Virus record (IMG/VR): IMGVR_UViG_3300048574_000501
Coordinates: 1-40,965 of that record
Direction: 5' to 3' (one strand)
DNA: 40,965 bases
Source: a virus
Lineage: Duplodnaviria; Caudoviricetes
The notes beneath the pieces were generated by a model. The model was not told the origin of the DNA, searched no databases, and was given only the letters and a program-made list of their open reading frames with translations. Position 1 is the first letter of the stretch. Each line of letters opens with the position of its first letter. The translations under genes and the position numbers were made by a program. Below are positions 27,905 to 38,058 of the stretch, piece after piece.

Positions 27905-30551
27905 TGTTGGTCAAATAGCATTAGACCTTGGTGTAAATTATAACGGTTTTAATAAGCAGCTGAGCGGTATTGCCGGTAATGCTACCAATATGGTCGGAGG
28001 TGCATTTAAAAAGCTTGGCGGTATAATCGCAGGTGCATTTGCAATTAAGGGACTTATAGACTTTGGTAAAGAATCTATAGAACTCGCATCCAATCTATCC
28101 GAAGTGCAGAACGTGGTGGATGTTACCTTTGGATCCATGGCTTCGGATATAAACTCCTGGTCTAAAACAGCTCTGCAGGGCTTCGGGCTTTCAGAGTTAT
28201 CGGCTAAAAAGTATAGCAGTACCATGGGGGCAATGATGAAATCATCAGGTCTGGCCGGGATCCAAATGGAGGGCATGTCAAAAAAGCTTACTGAGCTGGC
28301 TGGCGACATGGCCTCTTTTTATAACCTTTCTACTGATATGGCATTTGAGAAGATCAGGTCTGGCATATCTGGAGAAACAGAACCGTTAAAGCAGTTAGGC
28401 GTAAATATGTCGGTGGCTAATATGGAAGCTTTTGCGCTTAGTCAGGGTATAAAGAAAAGTTACGATTCAATGACGCAGGCAGAACAAACTCTGTTGAGAT
28501 ATAACTATTTATTGTCGGTAACAGGAGATGCTCAGGGCGATTTTGCAAGAACATCTGGTAGCTGGGCCAACCAGGTCAGATTACTTGGAGAGCAGTGGAA
28601 AGTATTCCAAGGTACAATGGGCTCTGCTTTCATATCTTTGTTAACTCCAGTGTTACAGATGCTAAATTCTTTAATCGCTAAGTTACAGATAGCTGCTGAG
28701 TACTTTAAAGCGTTCGTTGAATTAATTACAGGTACAGAAAGTACTGCTCAAGCTACGACTGGTGCCGTAACAGATTTAGGTAGTTCTGTTGCAAATACAG
28801 GCAATGCCGTTAAAAAGGCTAATAAAACTGTAAAAGGTTCTTTAGCAGGGTTTGACCAGCTGAATACTATATCTCAAAATGCATCAAATGCTTTAGATAG
28901 TATGGCTGATGCTAGTGGGGCTGCTAGTGATTTTAGTATGCCTTCAACGGGAACTACCCCAGAACTAAATATAAGTAGCAATATTAGTAAAGTGCTGGCT
29001 GAAATAAAAGAGGCTTTTGCCCCTGCTCAGGCAGCTTTAGAACGTTTTAAAAAGGCATTAGAACCCCTAAAGAATTTTGTTGCCCAGGGGCTGAAGGATT
29101 TTTTTAATGGGGTCTTAGTTCCTCTTGCAAAATGGACTATATCTGAAGTATTACCTAACTTTTTAGATACATTAACCATATTAGTACAGGGCTTGACTCC
29201 TATCTTAGAAGGGTTCAACAAGGTGTTTAAAGTATTTTGGACAGAGTACTTACAGCCTTTAGCCCAGTACGCAAGAGAAAAGTTTATTGGCTTTTTAAAA
29301 AGTATGAATGGTGGCTTAACACAACTAAAGGATATGATAAGCCAAACTACTATTTTTGAAGACTTTGCAGTTATTGTTGGAAAAATTGCCCCTGTGCTTA
29401 GAGAATTAGTACGGGGTCTAATGGATTTAGGTGGTTTTGTGCTTAAATTTGCATGGTTAGATGGAATCAATGCAGCCACCTTAGCTCTCAAAGATTTGGA
29501 AGATGTTATAGGCTTTGTAGCTGCTGTTCTGACAGGTGATTTTTCAGACGCATGGGAACATTTCAGAGGTTACATGATTGATAATAAGATTGATTTTGCT
29601 AAATCAGCCTTAGATACTCTTAAAGACAAATTCGGAGACCTTAAAAGCATAATTGGTGGATGGGTTACAAATTGGGGTGAACAAATTAAAAAATTTGTGG
29701 ACACTTGGAAAACAGGCATAGCAAACTGGTGGTCAAATAATGTTCTTCCATGGTTTACAAAAGAAAAATGGAACAAAATATTATTCCAGATAGGAGAATC
29801 ACTTGGACTTGCTTTAGCATCCTTTGTAACCATGTGGACACAAAAAATACCTAACTGGTGGACAAACAATGTTGCACCTTGGTTTACTAGGGAAAAATGG
29901 GTTAACCTGTTTAGCTCCATAAAAGATGGTATCGTTACTGCTCTGACAAATTTTATAAGCGCATGGAAAACCAATATTGCTAATTGGTGGACGAATAGTG
30001 TTTTACCCTGGTTTACTAAACAAAAATGGTTAGACTTAGGAAATAACATTAAAAATGGTATTGTAAATGGCTTTAAATCAGCTCTAGGTGGTGTAATTGG
30101 AGTAATAAACAGTATTATGGGTGCTTTCCAAGGGCTTGTAAATGGTGTGATAAAAGGAGTTAATAAAATTATAGGAGGCTACAATTCAGTAGCCGATAAA
30201 GTTCCTGCTTTACCATCTATGGGTCTCTTAAAAGAATGGTCAGCCCCTAAAATCAGTGTCCCTGCTTTTGCTAACGGTGCTTTAGTTTCAGCCCCCACCC
30301 TCGCTATGGTTGGTGATAATAGAAATGCTCAATCAGATCCGGAAGTAATATCTCCATTATCTAAATTACAAGGAATGATAAACGGCAGTAATACTGAGGT
30401 AGTTGAGTTATTAAAAGCTCTTATAGCTTTGATTAAAAACTTGGATACTCCAATAATAATGAAGCTTGGAGAAACCGAAGTTGGCAGAGCTACTATTAAA
30501 GCCATAAATAATGTCCAGCGAGCTGCCGGTGAGACTTTGTTAATTGTGTAA
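27894..30551 (+). CDS. Tail tape measure protein (likely start ATG 27894)
   Basis: RBS GGAGGTGG. Ala/Gly-rich helical protein with EVQNVVDVTFG, GETEPLKQLG and Trp repeats, C-terminal FANGA...AMVGD. Confidence 0.92.
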   Translation: MSDSVGQIALDLGVNYNGFNKQLSGIAGNATNMVGGAFKKLGGIIAGAFAIKGLIDFGKESIELASNLSEVQNVVDVTFGSMASDINSWSKTALQGFGLSELSAKKYSSTMGAMMKSSGLAGIQMEGMSKKLTELAGDMASFYNLSTDMAFEKIRSGISGETEPLKQLGVNMSVANMEAFALSQGIKKSYDSMTQAEQTLLRYNYLLSVTGDAQGDFARTSGSWANQVRLLGEQWKVFQGTMGSAFISLLTPVLQMLNSLIAKLQIAAEYFKAFVELITGTESTAQATTGAVTDLGSSVANTGNAVKKANKTVKGSLAGFDQLNTISQNASNALDSMADASGAASDFSMPSTGTTPELNISSNISKVLAEIKEAFAPAQAALERFKKALEPLKNFVAQGLKDFFNGVLVPLAKWTISEVLPNFLDTLTILVQGLTPILEGFNKVFKVFWTEYLQPLAQYAREKFIGFLKSMNGGLTQLKDMISQTTIFEDFAVIVGKIAPVLRELVRGLMDLGGFVLKFAWLDGINAATLALKDLEDVIGFVAAVLTGDFSDAWEHFRGYMIDNKIDFAKSALDTLKDKFGDLKSIIGGWVTNWGEQIKKFVDTWKTGIANWWSNNVLPWFTKEKWNKILFQIGESLGLALASFVTMWTQKIPNWWTNNVAPWFTREKWVNLFSSIKDGIVTALTNFISAWKTNIANWWTNSVLPWFTKQKWLDLGNNIKNGIVNGFKSALGGVIGVINSIMGAFQGLVNGVIKGVNKIIGGYNSVADKVPALPSMGLLKEWSAPKISVPAFANGALVSAPTLAMVGDNRNAQSDPEVISPLSKLQGMINGSNTEVVELLKALIALIKNLDTPIIMKLGETEVGRATIKAINNVQRAAGETLLIV

Positions 30552-30563
30552 GGAGGAACAGAA

Positions 30564-30923
30564 ATGTTACTAAAAATAAATGAAGTAGAAATAGCGGAGT
30601 ATCCGTCAGAATTTTCTGTTACAACAATGGACTTAGACAATGGTGACTCTACGACTAGATCTGCTAATGGTACATTAAATAGAGACAGAATTGCTGTAAA
30701 ACGGCAGATAACAATGGGTTGGGGATTAATTGAATGGTCAAAGCTAGCTAAAATCTTGCAAGCTATGGCGAATATGTACTTTCAACTTTATTACCCCGAC
30801 CCGATGGACGGAGTCTATGCTACAAAAACATTTTATGTAGGTGACAGGCCTTGCCCTGTTGCAGTAGAGCAAAATGGAAAGATGTATTGGTTAGGGGTTA
30901 AGGTTACTTTAACAGAAAGGTAG
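30564..30923 (+). CDS. Distal tail (Dit-like) protein
   Basis: Follows the tape measure gene. Contains RSANGTLNRDRIAVK and FYVGDR. Confidence 0.7.
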   Translation: MLLKINEVEIAEYPSEFSVTTMDLDNGDSTTRSANGTLNRDRIAVKRQITMGWGLIEWSKLAKILQAMANMYFQLYYPDPMDGVYATKTFYVGDRPCPVAVEQNGKMYWLGVKVTLTER

Positions 30924-30936
30924 GGGGGGAAAATCA

Positions 30937-32925
30937 ATGTATAATGTGTCGGACTTGTTTAAAACTTATATAAAAAATTTTGACCGGATGTTTGAAGCAC
31001 AGGTTGATGTGAATGGTGATATGTACACAGGTACAGATATAGTTGAGTTTAATATTGAAGATAGTATCCAATCCGGTGATGATTTTACGTTAGGTACAGC
31101 AATATCCTCTATCCTGAACATTTCTATTCGTACAGTTGAAACTATACCAGCTGGTGCTAAGATTATTCCATATATCCGTTTAAACGGATCAAGTGGAACA
31201 ACTGAATGGCTAAAGCTAGGGGAATATTATGTTGATTCAAGAGTAATGAATAACCGAGTATGGCAGTTTACTTGCTATGACAGGCTTATATTTGGTCAGG
31301 TTGAGTATATATCAAATTTAAACTATCCAACTACTATGCAAGCTGTATGGGATGAGGCATGTGGATTGTTAGGAACCACATCAGATGTAAGCGTGGTAAT
31401 TAACCCTGATTATACTTTTCAAGTAGCTCCAACAGGTCACATGCTGCGTGAAGTTTTAGGATATATAGCAGCTGCTCATGTATCTAGTGTAAAAATGACT
31501 AAAGATGGAACGATTGGTTGGGCTACTTTTAAAGCTTCATCTACTCCAGTGGATAAAATTACTGCTTCAGATTATAGCTCAGCGCCACAAACTAACCCAT
31601 CTAAAAAGTTTACTCGTATAGTTGTAAAAAGTGGTTCTGATGCTGAAGCTACCGAAATCGAAGTGGGTGTAGGTGAAGAAGCTAATACATTAACTCTAAT
31701 TAACCCATACATAACGCAATCTATGCTAAACGATATGTACACTGTATTTAATGGGTTTAGATACATACCATTTACAATGGATTGGCGGTGCTTTCCTAAT
31801 ATAGAGGTTGGGGATACAATAGAGGCCGAAATGTTCACAGTACTAACTTGGATTGAAGCAACTATGCCTTGGCAGACAGCAGATTTCCCATGGCGTGATT
31901 TGCCTACATTTTGCACAGTTGTACTTCGGAATAAAATCTCCTATAAAGGTGGTTTAAGAGCAGTTTCCTCGGCTTCGTCTACCTCTACCCAACAAAGTGA
32001 ACTGACTTTTAAAGGTACGATTCGTAATCAGCTTGAGCAGTTGGATACCAACACGCTGAAAGAAGGTAAAAACTATTATGGAGTAACAATGCACCGGGAT
32101 TACGGGATTAAAGTCGATAGCACTTCCGGTAGCTCGGCTCTTTTTAATGGCGATCAACTATCCATGCAGGCAAATGGGGTTGATTGCATTTACTTTAACA
32201 CCTTAACAGGAAAATATTGCATTAACGGCACACTGGAAGCGGTTGACGGCCAATTTAGCGGCACTGTGTACGCCGAAAAGATAGATACCTCTAATGCAAA
32301 AATTAAAGCGGCTCAAATTGAGACATTGCATATTGGCCCTAACGGTAATGTCGTACTTGACTCTACAGCCACAATCAGTTGGGGACAAATTACTAGTGTT
32401 CCAGATTTGGTTACAGGAACACAACTTACTACTAGACTAGGGCAAGATTATGTAGTTACGGGTAAGATCTATGCCAACCAAATAAACGGGCAAATAGCAA
32501 ACTTGACGGATAGCGTGTCTATAGGTAGTACTGTATCTGCAACGGCTAAAACATTATCTTTTTACAATAGTAGCGGGAACGAAGCCAAACTCTACATGGA
32601 ACCAGGAGGCAGTTTAAATTTAATTTCATGGCAATCGGTAAATGTACCAGGCCAAGCAGGAGTTAATTTATACGGAGGGCCTTTAAACAATATACAAAGC
32701 ATTCAACTCTACAACTATGATAGTGCAGCAGGTTCATATCTGATTAAGGTTAAAGGTGCAACTAAATTTTACGATCAGATTGCCTTTTTTGGAGGAACTC
32801 CAATCGCGCAGAAAACAGCTTCTTATTTAGCGAGTAATGCGACGCAAGCAGATATTATTACCAAGGTTAATGGTATCTTAGGTATTCTAAGCCAGAGCAA
32901 TTATAATTTAGTTTACGTAACATAG
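30937..32925 (+). CDS. Tail tip / baseplate hub (Tal-like) protein
   Basis: Position and motifs LGEYYV, CYD, NPY, EVGDTI; beta-rich C-terminus. Confidence 0.7.
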   Translation: MYNVSDLFKTYIKNFDRMFEAQVDVNGDMYTGTDIVEFNIEDSIQSGDDFTLGTAISSILNISIRTVETIPAGAKIIPYIRLNGSSGTTEWLKLGEYYVDSRVMNNRVWQFTCYDRLIFGQVEYISNLNYPTTMQAVWDEACGLLGTTSDVSVVINPDYTFQVAPTGHMLREVLGYIAAAHVSSVKMTKDGTIGWATFKASSTPVDKITASDYSSAPQTNPSKKFTRIVVKSGSDAEATEIEVGVGEEANTLTLINPYITQSMLNDMYTVFNGFRYIPFTMDWRCFPNIEVGDTIEAEMFTVLTWIEATMPWQTADFPWRDLPTFCTVVLRNKISYKGGLRAVSSASSTSTQQSELTFKGTIRNQLEQLDTNTLKEGKNYYGVTMHRDYGIKVDSTSGSSALFNGDQLSMQANGVDCIYFNTLTGKYCINGTLEAVDGQFSGTVYAEKIDTSNAKIKAAQIETLHIGPNGNVVLDSTATISWGQITSVPDLVTGTQLTTRLGQDYVVTGKIYANQINGQIANLTDSVSIGSTVSATAKTLSFYNSSGNEAKLYMEPGGSLNLISWQSVNVPGQAGVNLYGGPLNNIQSIQLYNYDSAAGSYLIKVKGATKFYDQIAFFGGTPIAQKTASYLASNATQADIITKVNGILGILSQSNYNLVYVT

Positions 32926-32933
32926 GAGGAAAT

Positions 32934-33185
32934 ATGGCAAAACAGACGGTTTTAAATAAAAAATATGAAATAAAAGATGGTATGGCAACTATTATTGAAA
33001 CGGTTGAAAGTATTTTGAATAAAGAGGATTTACAGAATCAGAAGTCACAATATGTACAAAAACAGGCTCAGTTAACAAGTCAAATAACCGGCTTGCAGGT
33101 ACAATATAAAGCCTGTTCTTCCGCTATTGCGGAAATAGATAAAATTATAGAAGAAATAGATTTGCAAGAAGAAAAGGAGGGCTAA
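32934..33185 (+). CDS. Small coiled-coil tail-associated protein
   Basis: RBS AGGAGG and a heptad pattern. Confidence 0.6.
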   Translation: MAKQTVLNKKYEIKDGMATIIETVESILNKEDLQNQKSQYVQKQAQLTSQITGLQVQYKACSSAIAEIDKIIEEIDLQEEKEG

Positions 33186-33188
33186 CTG

Positions 33189-33896
33189 GTGACTATTAAT
33201 AAGTATTGTAATCTATATGGACAGAATAAAATTAGTGAGGATTATACTAAGATTAATAGCGGTTTTTATACAGTGGAAACTGATATATCTGGAGTACTAG
33301 CCTCCGAAACCGCTAGAGAAGAAGCAGAAACACAAAGAGAAGTGGCAGAAGCTAACCGTGTACTTAGATACGAAAATACTAAGCATTATAACGCTTATAA
33401 TAGCACTATGACATACCACAAAAACAACATTGTGAGCTATTTTGGCTCATCATTTATGTTGGTTGTAGACGAATCCGTGGGCAATGCACCCCCCGAGTAT
33501 CCAACTACATATAACAGCTATTGGGCTTTGGTAGGTCAGAAAGGTGACAAGGGCGAAACCGGAACCGTACCTAATATAACCGTAGGGACTGTTACTACTT
33601 TACCATCTGGCAATTCTGCTACAGTCACTCGACAATCTGGTAGCCCGGACGAAGCCCCTGTATTTGATTTTAGTATACCAAGAGGCATTGACGGAGATGG
33701 TGCCGGAGACATGACAAAAGCCGATTATGATAGTAATGCAGACGGTGTTGTAAATGATTCAGACAAGCTAGGCGGGCAGTTGCCTGGGTATTATGCATCC
33801 GCTAGTAATATAGCGACTTTGGAAGATAAAATTATTACAAGCATATCCTATCCGACTATAAATAAGGCAGGACAAAAATTTTACAGAATAGTGTAA
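33189..33896 (+). CDS. Tail fibre / upper baseplate protein
   Basis: YHKNNIVSYFGSSF...YW carbohydrate-binding-like motif, collagen triplets KGDKGETG, GDMTKADYD, DSDKLGG. Confidence 0.7.
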   Translation: MTINKYCNLYGQNKISEDYTKINSGFYTVETDISGVLASETAREEAETQREVAEANRVLRYENTKHYNAYNSTMTYHKNNIVSYFGSSFMLVVDESVGNAPPEYPTTYNSYWALVGQKGDKGETGTVPNITVGTVTTLPSGNSATVTRQSGSPDEAPVFDFSIPRGIDGDGAGDMTKADYDSNADGVVNDSDKLGGQLPGYYASASNIATLEDKIITSISYPTINKAGQKFYRIV

Positions 33897-33970
33897 ATAA
33901 ATAAAAAGTTAACAAGGATAATATTGTTAAATGTAATTATAATGGCTATAATTTACATGAGGTGTTAAAA

Positions 33971-35425
33971 ATGAAAAAAATAGTTACATTAACAATTATA
34001 TTATTCCTTGTATTGTTACAAGGAGGAAGTATAATGGATTATAATATTCAAATGATGCAAAGAAATGCAAATAATACGGAATGGGACAACCATTATCCTA
34101 TTACAAAAGCAGAAAATATAATTACTGCGAATGGTAATGTTAAAACCGACTTGGATAGTAAGGCAAGTAAAACCTATGTAGATGGGTTAATGGCAAGTAT
34201 TGCAGATGGAAGTCCTACGCCATTTGCAACATTAGCATTACTACAAGCAGCTTATCCTACGGGAGATACGAAGTCTCATATTGTAATTGAGGACGGATAT
34301 TTATACTATTGGAATGGCACCGCATGGATAAAGGGATGGTTATTCCAGAGCCCTGCAGGAGACTACTTAACAGCAGAAGCATCACCAAACATCTATAATA
34401 AAACAAATGCTTTAAATGGCTATCTTGTTGGATATACACCTACAAATGTGCAAGCTTATGCCGATTCAATTTATTCTGGAATTGTTCCTGTGGTAAGTGG
34501 TAAATCCTATGTTATATCTCAAAAACTTAAACCTGTAGGCTATATTTATTGTTATAACAGTACAGTTTCATCACCATCATATAATTCGGGCGGCCTATGT
34601 GCTATTAGCGGTACTGGTGGAACATATGGAAACTGGGCAAGCCCAAGCGGGAAAATAACAAGAAGTAATAATATTTTAAGCAATGGTTATTATTCAACAG
34701 TAATTACAATAATAGACCCAACCATTAAATATATTGCATGGTCTATGCAGGGAGAGCCTTATTGGAGCCACACAACCGAAGAATTTAACACAATAATAAA
34801 TTCTGCACAGGTTGAGGAGGGAACTGTTAGAACCGAGTATACAGCCTATAATGCAATTACATATAAGGTAAAAGAAGCGTCACTACCTGATGAATTTAAA
34901 AAATTAAACAATAATAATATTGTCGTTTTCAAAGCTGATAATAAATTTAGTGTAAGAACAAGCTTTGATGATACAACGGATATATATAATTTGTGGGAAT
35001 ATCCTAGAACGGATGGGAATCTAGGACTTAATTTAATTGATACAGCTACTTGCGTCAAGAATACCCAGTATAACAAAATAACTGGAACTTCTTTTAAACC
35101 TTCTGGCGATGACATTGCTCCGCTATATCTAAATGGTTCTTATGTTGGTGCCAATCATGGCTATTATGACGTAAATGTACTAACCGCTACTGGGCATGGC
35201 AAAACTACTGCGGATATAGGCAGCGTATGGAACATAGATAATAAAAAATTTATAATATTAGATGTTGTAGACGCAAATACATTAAAAATATTTTCGGATT
35301 ACACCGGTACACAAACAAGCCCAACTAATTATTTGGGGGTAACATCTGGGGTACTAACTCATGTATCGGGCGCAACTAATACATCCAATATCAGTTTTAC
35401 CCAAATACTAATAATAAAAGTGTAA
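33971..35425 (+). CDS. Receptor-binding / tail-fibre-like protein, N-terminal part (starts at 33971 with a signal-peptide-like leader, or at 34034)
   Basis: WDNHYPITKAENI, KASKTYVD and TLALLQAAYPTG...YYWNGTAW are typical tail-fibre N-terminal modules. Confidence 0.65.
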   Translation: MKKIVTLTIILFLVLLQGGSIMDYNIQMMQRNANNTEWDNHYPITKAENIITANGNVKTDLDSKASKTYVDGLMASIADGSPTPFATLALLQAAYPTGDTKSHIVIEDGYLYYWNGTAWIKGWLFQSPAGDYLTAEASPNIYNKTNALNGYLVGYTPTNVQAYADSIYSGIVPVVSGKSYVISQKLKPVGYIYCYNSTVSSPSYNSGGLCAISGTGGTYGNWASPSGKITRSNNILSNGYYSTVITIIDPTIKYIAWSMQGEPYWSHTTEEFNTIINSAQVEEGTVRTEYTAYNAITYKVKEASLPDEFKKLNNNNIVVFKADNKFSVRTSFDDTTDIYNLWEYPRTDGNLGLNLIDTATCVKNTQYNKITGTSFKPSGDDIAPLYLNGSYVGANHGYYDVNVLTATGHGKTTADIGSVWNIDNKKFIILDVVDANTLKIFSDYTGTQTSPTNYLGVTSGVLTHVSGATNTSNISFTQILIIKV

Positions 35426-35427
35426 AA

Positions 35428-36300
35428 TTGGTATTAGATGGCAAAGAAATTACAGATAATGGTGTTTATTTTGGAGATAAATTTGATATAGTCGAAAGTT
35501 ATAATATTACGGATATTCCAAGCATACAACAATATTTAAAGGATCATGTTGGTTCTAAAGCCAATTTAAGCGATGATACAATTGCTGGATGGGTTACTGT
35601 GACAAACGTTTTTAGCCATAATCGAAACGGTAGTATTACTATAAAAACTGGCTATGAATATTTGAAAGATACCAATATTCAATTTTACGGCGGCGTACAA
35701 TCATTATCAATTGGAACGAAAGCATATGTCCCTGGCGTTGGAGTTGTTGACGGAAAGGACATGAGTACAGTTATTACGCAAGGTGATAATACACTAAGTT
35801 TTACAAAGTCTACATGGCTCAACGCTGAAAAACCACCATATAGATACCATCAATTTAATGATGATCTAACTAAAGGAATGGCACTTGGATATAACACATC
35901 ATTTGGAGTTGCCAAACCATCAATACGAAAAAATGATACAGACGCAGGTAATTATAATGGCACTTCTAAAAAAATGTATCCTCTGGTTAAGGTAGGAGGT
36001 ACAGCAACTGCTGGAGATTACCAGGAAGTGATATCTTATAGAGTGCCATTGCGCATTATTGATCCAGACGCAACTGACTTGTATTGGTATTGGGTTGGAG
36101 ATGATATCTATCTAGCTTTTGATTATCATAAAAATATTGATAAGACAATTAAACTACCTAGCTACATGGCAGGAATGAAGATAGAACAATTAGACATTCA
36201 TCCGAATACAACGGTGCAAAGTGAGTTTGTATCAGCAAAAGGAATAAAAGTAAAAGTAAAAAATAACTATGGATATGGCGTGCTAAGATTGTACAACTAG
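35428..36300 (+). pseudogene. C-terminal part of the same tail-fibre-like protein, separated by a frameshift near 35390-35425
   Basis: No RBS. This frame is open upstream (QFYPNTNNKSVKLVLDGKEI), overlaps the end of the previous ORF and has the same composition. Confidence 0.55.
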
Positions 36301-36313
36301 TATAAATCAAGTG

Positions 36314-36346
36314 AAAAGAGATTACCCAAGCCGGGTAGTCTCTTTT
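36314..36346 (+). terminator. Rho-independent terminator
   Basis: AAAAGAGATTACCC-aagcc-GGGTAGTCTCTTTT. Confidence 0.75.
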
Positions 36347-36480
36347 ATTATGCAAAAAACATCTAGGGAGGGACAAATAGATGTATATGGATAATATTAC
36401 ATACTACGATTCTATTTTAAGGTATATAGTGTTATGATATAAAAGTAAATAGGTTATTATTATTTAAGGAGAAGTAAACC

Positions 36481-36753
36481 GTGGATAATAAAATATTTTC
36501 TGATGAAGATTTAACTCCTAAGGGGGATGGGCAGTTACCAAGTGATATAAAAATACCAAATAAAGCTAAATGGATTGCAATTATAGGATATTTGTTACCA
36601 GGTCTAGCTTTCCTTTTTATGACTATTTGTTTGGCATTTGAAAATTTTATGGACAATATACCAGGAATAATATTGTTTGGTGGTTTTTCTATTCTAAGTT
36701 TATGGATAGCATACAGTTATATAAAAAGAGAATTAGCCATTAAGAAGCAATAA
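36481..36753 (+). CDS. Small two-TM membrane moron
   Basis: RBS AAGGAG, two hydrophobic helices, AT-rich, bracketed by terminators. Confidence 0.7.
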   Translation: MDNKIFSDEDLTPKGDGQLPSDIKIPNKAKWIAIIGYLLPGLAFLFMTICLAFENFMDNIPGIILFGGFSILSLWIAYSYIKRELAIKKQ

Positions 36754-36791
36754 AAGCAATTTAAACTTAATAATAAATTAGTTATTACAGG

Positions 36792-36817
36792 ATCACTCAT
36801 AAATGGGTGATTTTTTT
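36792..36817 (+). terminator. Rho-independent terminator
   Basis: ATCACTCAT-aa-ATGGGTGAT followed by a T-run. Confidence 0.6.
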
Positions 36818-36850
36818 GTTATGCAAAAATACAACTAAGGAGTGAGAAAC

Positions 36851-37480
36851 ATGGTAGAAAAGTTTTTAGAGTTAGCAAAAAGTAAAATAGGTTGTGGTTA
36901 TGTGTTTGGCTCGCAAGGACAGACAATGACGATATCGTTACTGAATTCACTCATAAAAACCTTTGGGAAAAGTCATTATGAGTTTACTGATTCTGTCGGG
37001 AATGTAAACGCAAACAAATGGCTTGGTAAGCAGTGCTTCGACTGTTCAGGACTGGTCGTTTGGACGCTGCAGCAGCTTGGAATCGTCAAGACCGAACAGG
37101 ACTATACAGCAGCTGTTTTGTACAGCAGCCTATGCGTACGAATTACAAAGGAACAGCTAGTGCCGGGAGATCTTGTATTTATAAAAGGTAGCACCGGCAT
37201 AATTAATCATGTTGGCATCTATGCCGGGAACAGCAAAACAATTGAGGCAATCGGCACCCGGAAGGGGGTAGTACAGGGAGACTCGGTAAGATTCAATGTT
37301 TATGGTAGATTAAAGGTGTTCAAGGATGAGATTGAAAAGCCTGTTGATGAACTGGCCGAAGCTGTAAAGTTCTTAGCCCAGAAGTCCGGAATTGATTTTA
37401 CAACATGGTATAAGACAGCAAAAGATGTAAAGTACCTGGATAAGTGTTTTATAAAGATAGCAAATGCTTTTAATGAATAA
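36851..37480 (+). CDS. Endolysin, NlpC/P60 (C40) peptidase
   Basis: GCGYVFG, FDCSGLV (catalytic Cys), PGDLVF, HVGIY. Adjacent to the holin. Confidence 0.85.
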   Translation: MVEKFLELAKSKIGCGYVFGSQGQTMTISLLNSLIKTFGKSHYEFTDSVGNVNANKWLGKQCFDCSGLVVWTLQQLGIVKTEQDYTAAVLYSSLCVRITKEQLVPGDLVFIKGSTGIINHVGIYAGNSKTIEAIGTRKGVVQGDSVRFNVYGRLKVFKDEIEKPVDELAEAVKFLAQKSGIDFTTWYKTAKDVKYLDKCFIKIANAFNE

Positions 37481-37499
37481 TTTTAAGGAGGAAGAATGA

Positions 37500-37967
37500 A
37501 TGGAAAATTTAAATGCGTTTAAAGTAACTATTACTGCAATAGCCGCAGGCATATCGTCCTGGCTTGGATGGTTCGGTTGGCTGTGGGTGGCATTTGTAGT
37601 TTGCCTTTTTGTAGACTGGCTGACCGGATCGGCAGCTGCGGCAAAACGGGGGGAGTGGAGTTCTAAAAAGGGTCATGAAGGTATATGGCATAAAGCCGGT
37701 TGCATAATTGTCGTACTTGTGGCCGCTGTACTCGATGTGGTTATAGGTACCATTATAAATAACATACCGAGCATATCCTTACCGTTTACTTATACAGTAT
37801 TGCTTTGTCCAATAGCTCTAGTATGGTACATACTTACCGAGCTAGGCAGCATAACTGAAAATGCCGGTAAAATGGGAGCGCCTATACCGGCATTTTTGAC
37901 CAAAGCAATATCTTTATTTAAGGGGGCCGTTAATTCGACTGGGGACAAATTAACTGACATAAAGTAA
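37500..37967 (+). CDS. Phage holin (toxin-secretion/phage-lysis family)
   Basis: DWLTG...WSSK..G..HK...ELGSITENAGKMGAPIP and TM segments. Confidence 0.9.
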   Translation: MENLNAFKVTITAIAAGISSWLGWFGWLWVAFVVCLFVDWLTGSAAAAKRGEWSSKKGHEGIWHKAGCIIVVLVAAVLDVVIGTIINNIPSISLPFTYTVLLCPIALVWYILTELGSITENAGKMGAPIPAFLTKAISLFKGAVNSTGDKLTDIK

Positions 37968-38008
37968 AAATAAATGCCCTCAGGGTAATTCCGGGGGCAT
38001 TTATTTTT
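37967..38008. terminator. Bidirectional terminator ending the lysis module
   Basis: AAAAATAAATGCCCTCAGG...CCGGGGGCATTTATTTTT. Confidence 0.8.
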
Positions 38009-38012
38009 ACCA

Positions 38013-38041
38013 TTGACACGAACATATGTTCGATATAAAAT
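38013..38041 (+). promoter_or_regulatory. SigA promoter with a LexA (SOS/Cheo) box in the spacer
   Basis: TTGACA (38013-38018), CGAACATATGTTCG (38019-38032), TAAAAT (38036-38041), 17-bp spacing. Confidence 0.85.
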
Positions 38042-38058
38042 GTCAGTAGGGTGATTTT

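Noticed and set aside
33189-36300. Diversity-generating retroelement or invertible tail-fibre cassette
   Set aside because: No reverse transcriptase, template/variable repeat pair, second invertase or inverted cassette was seen.
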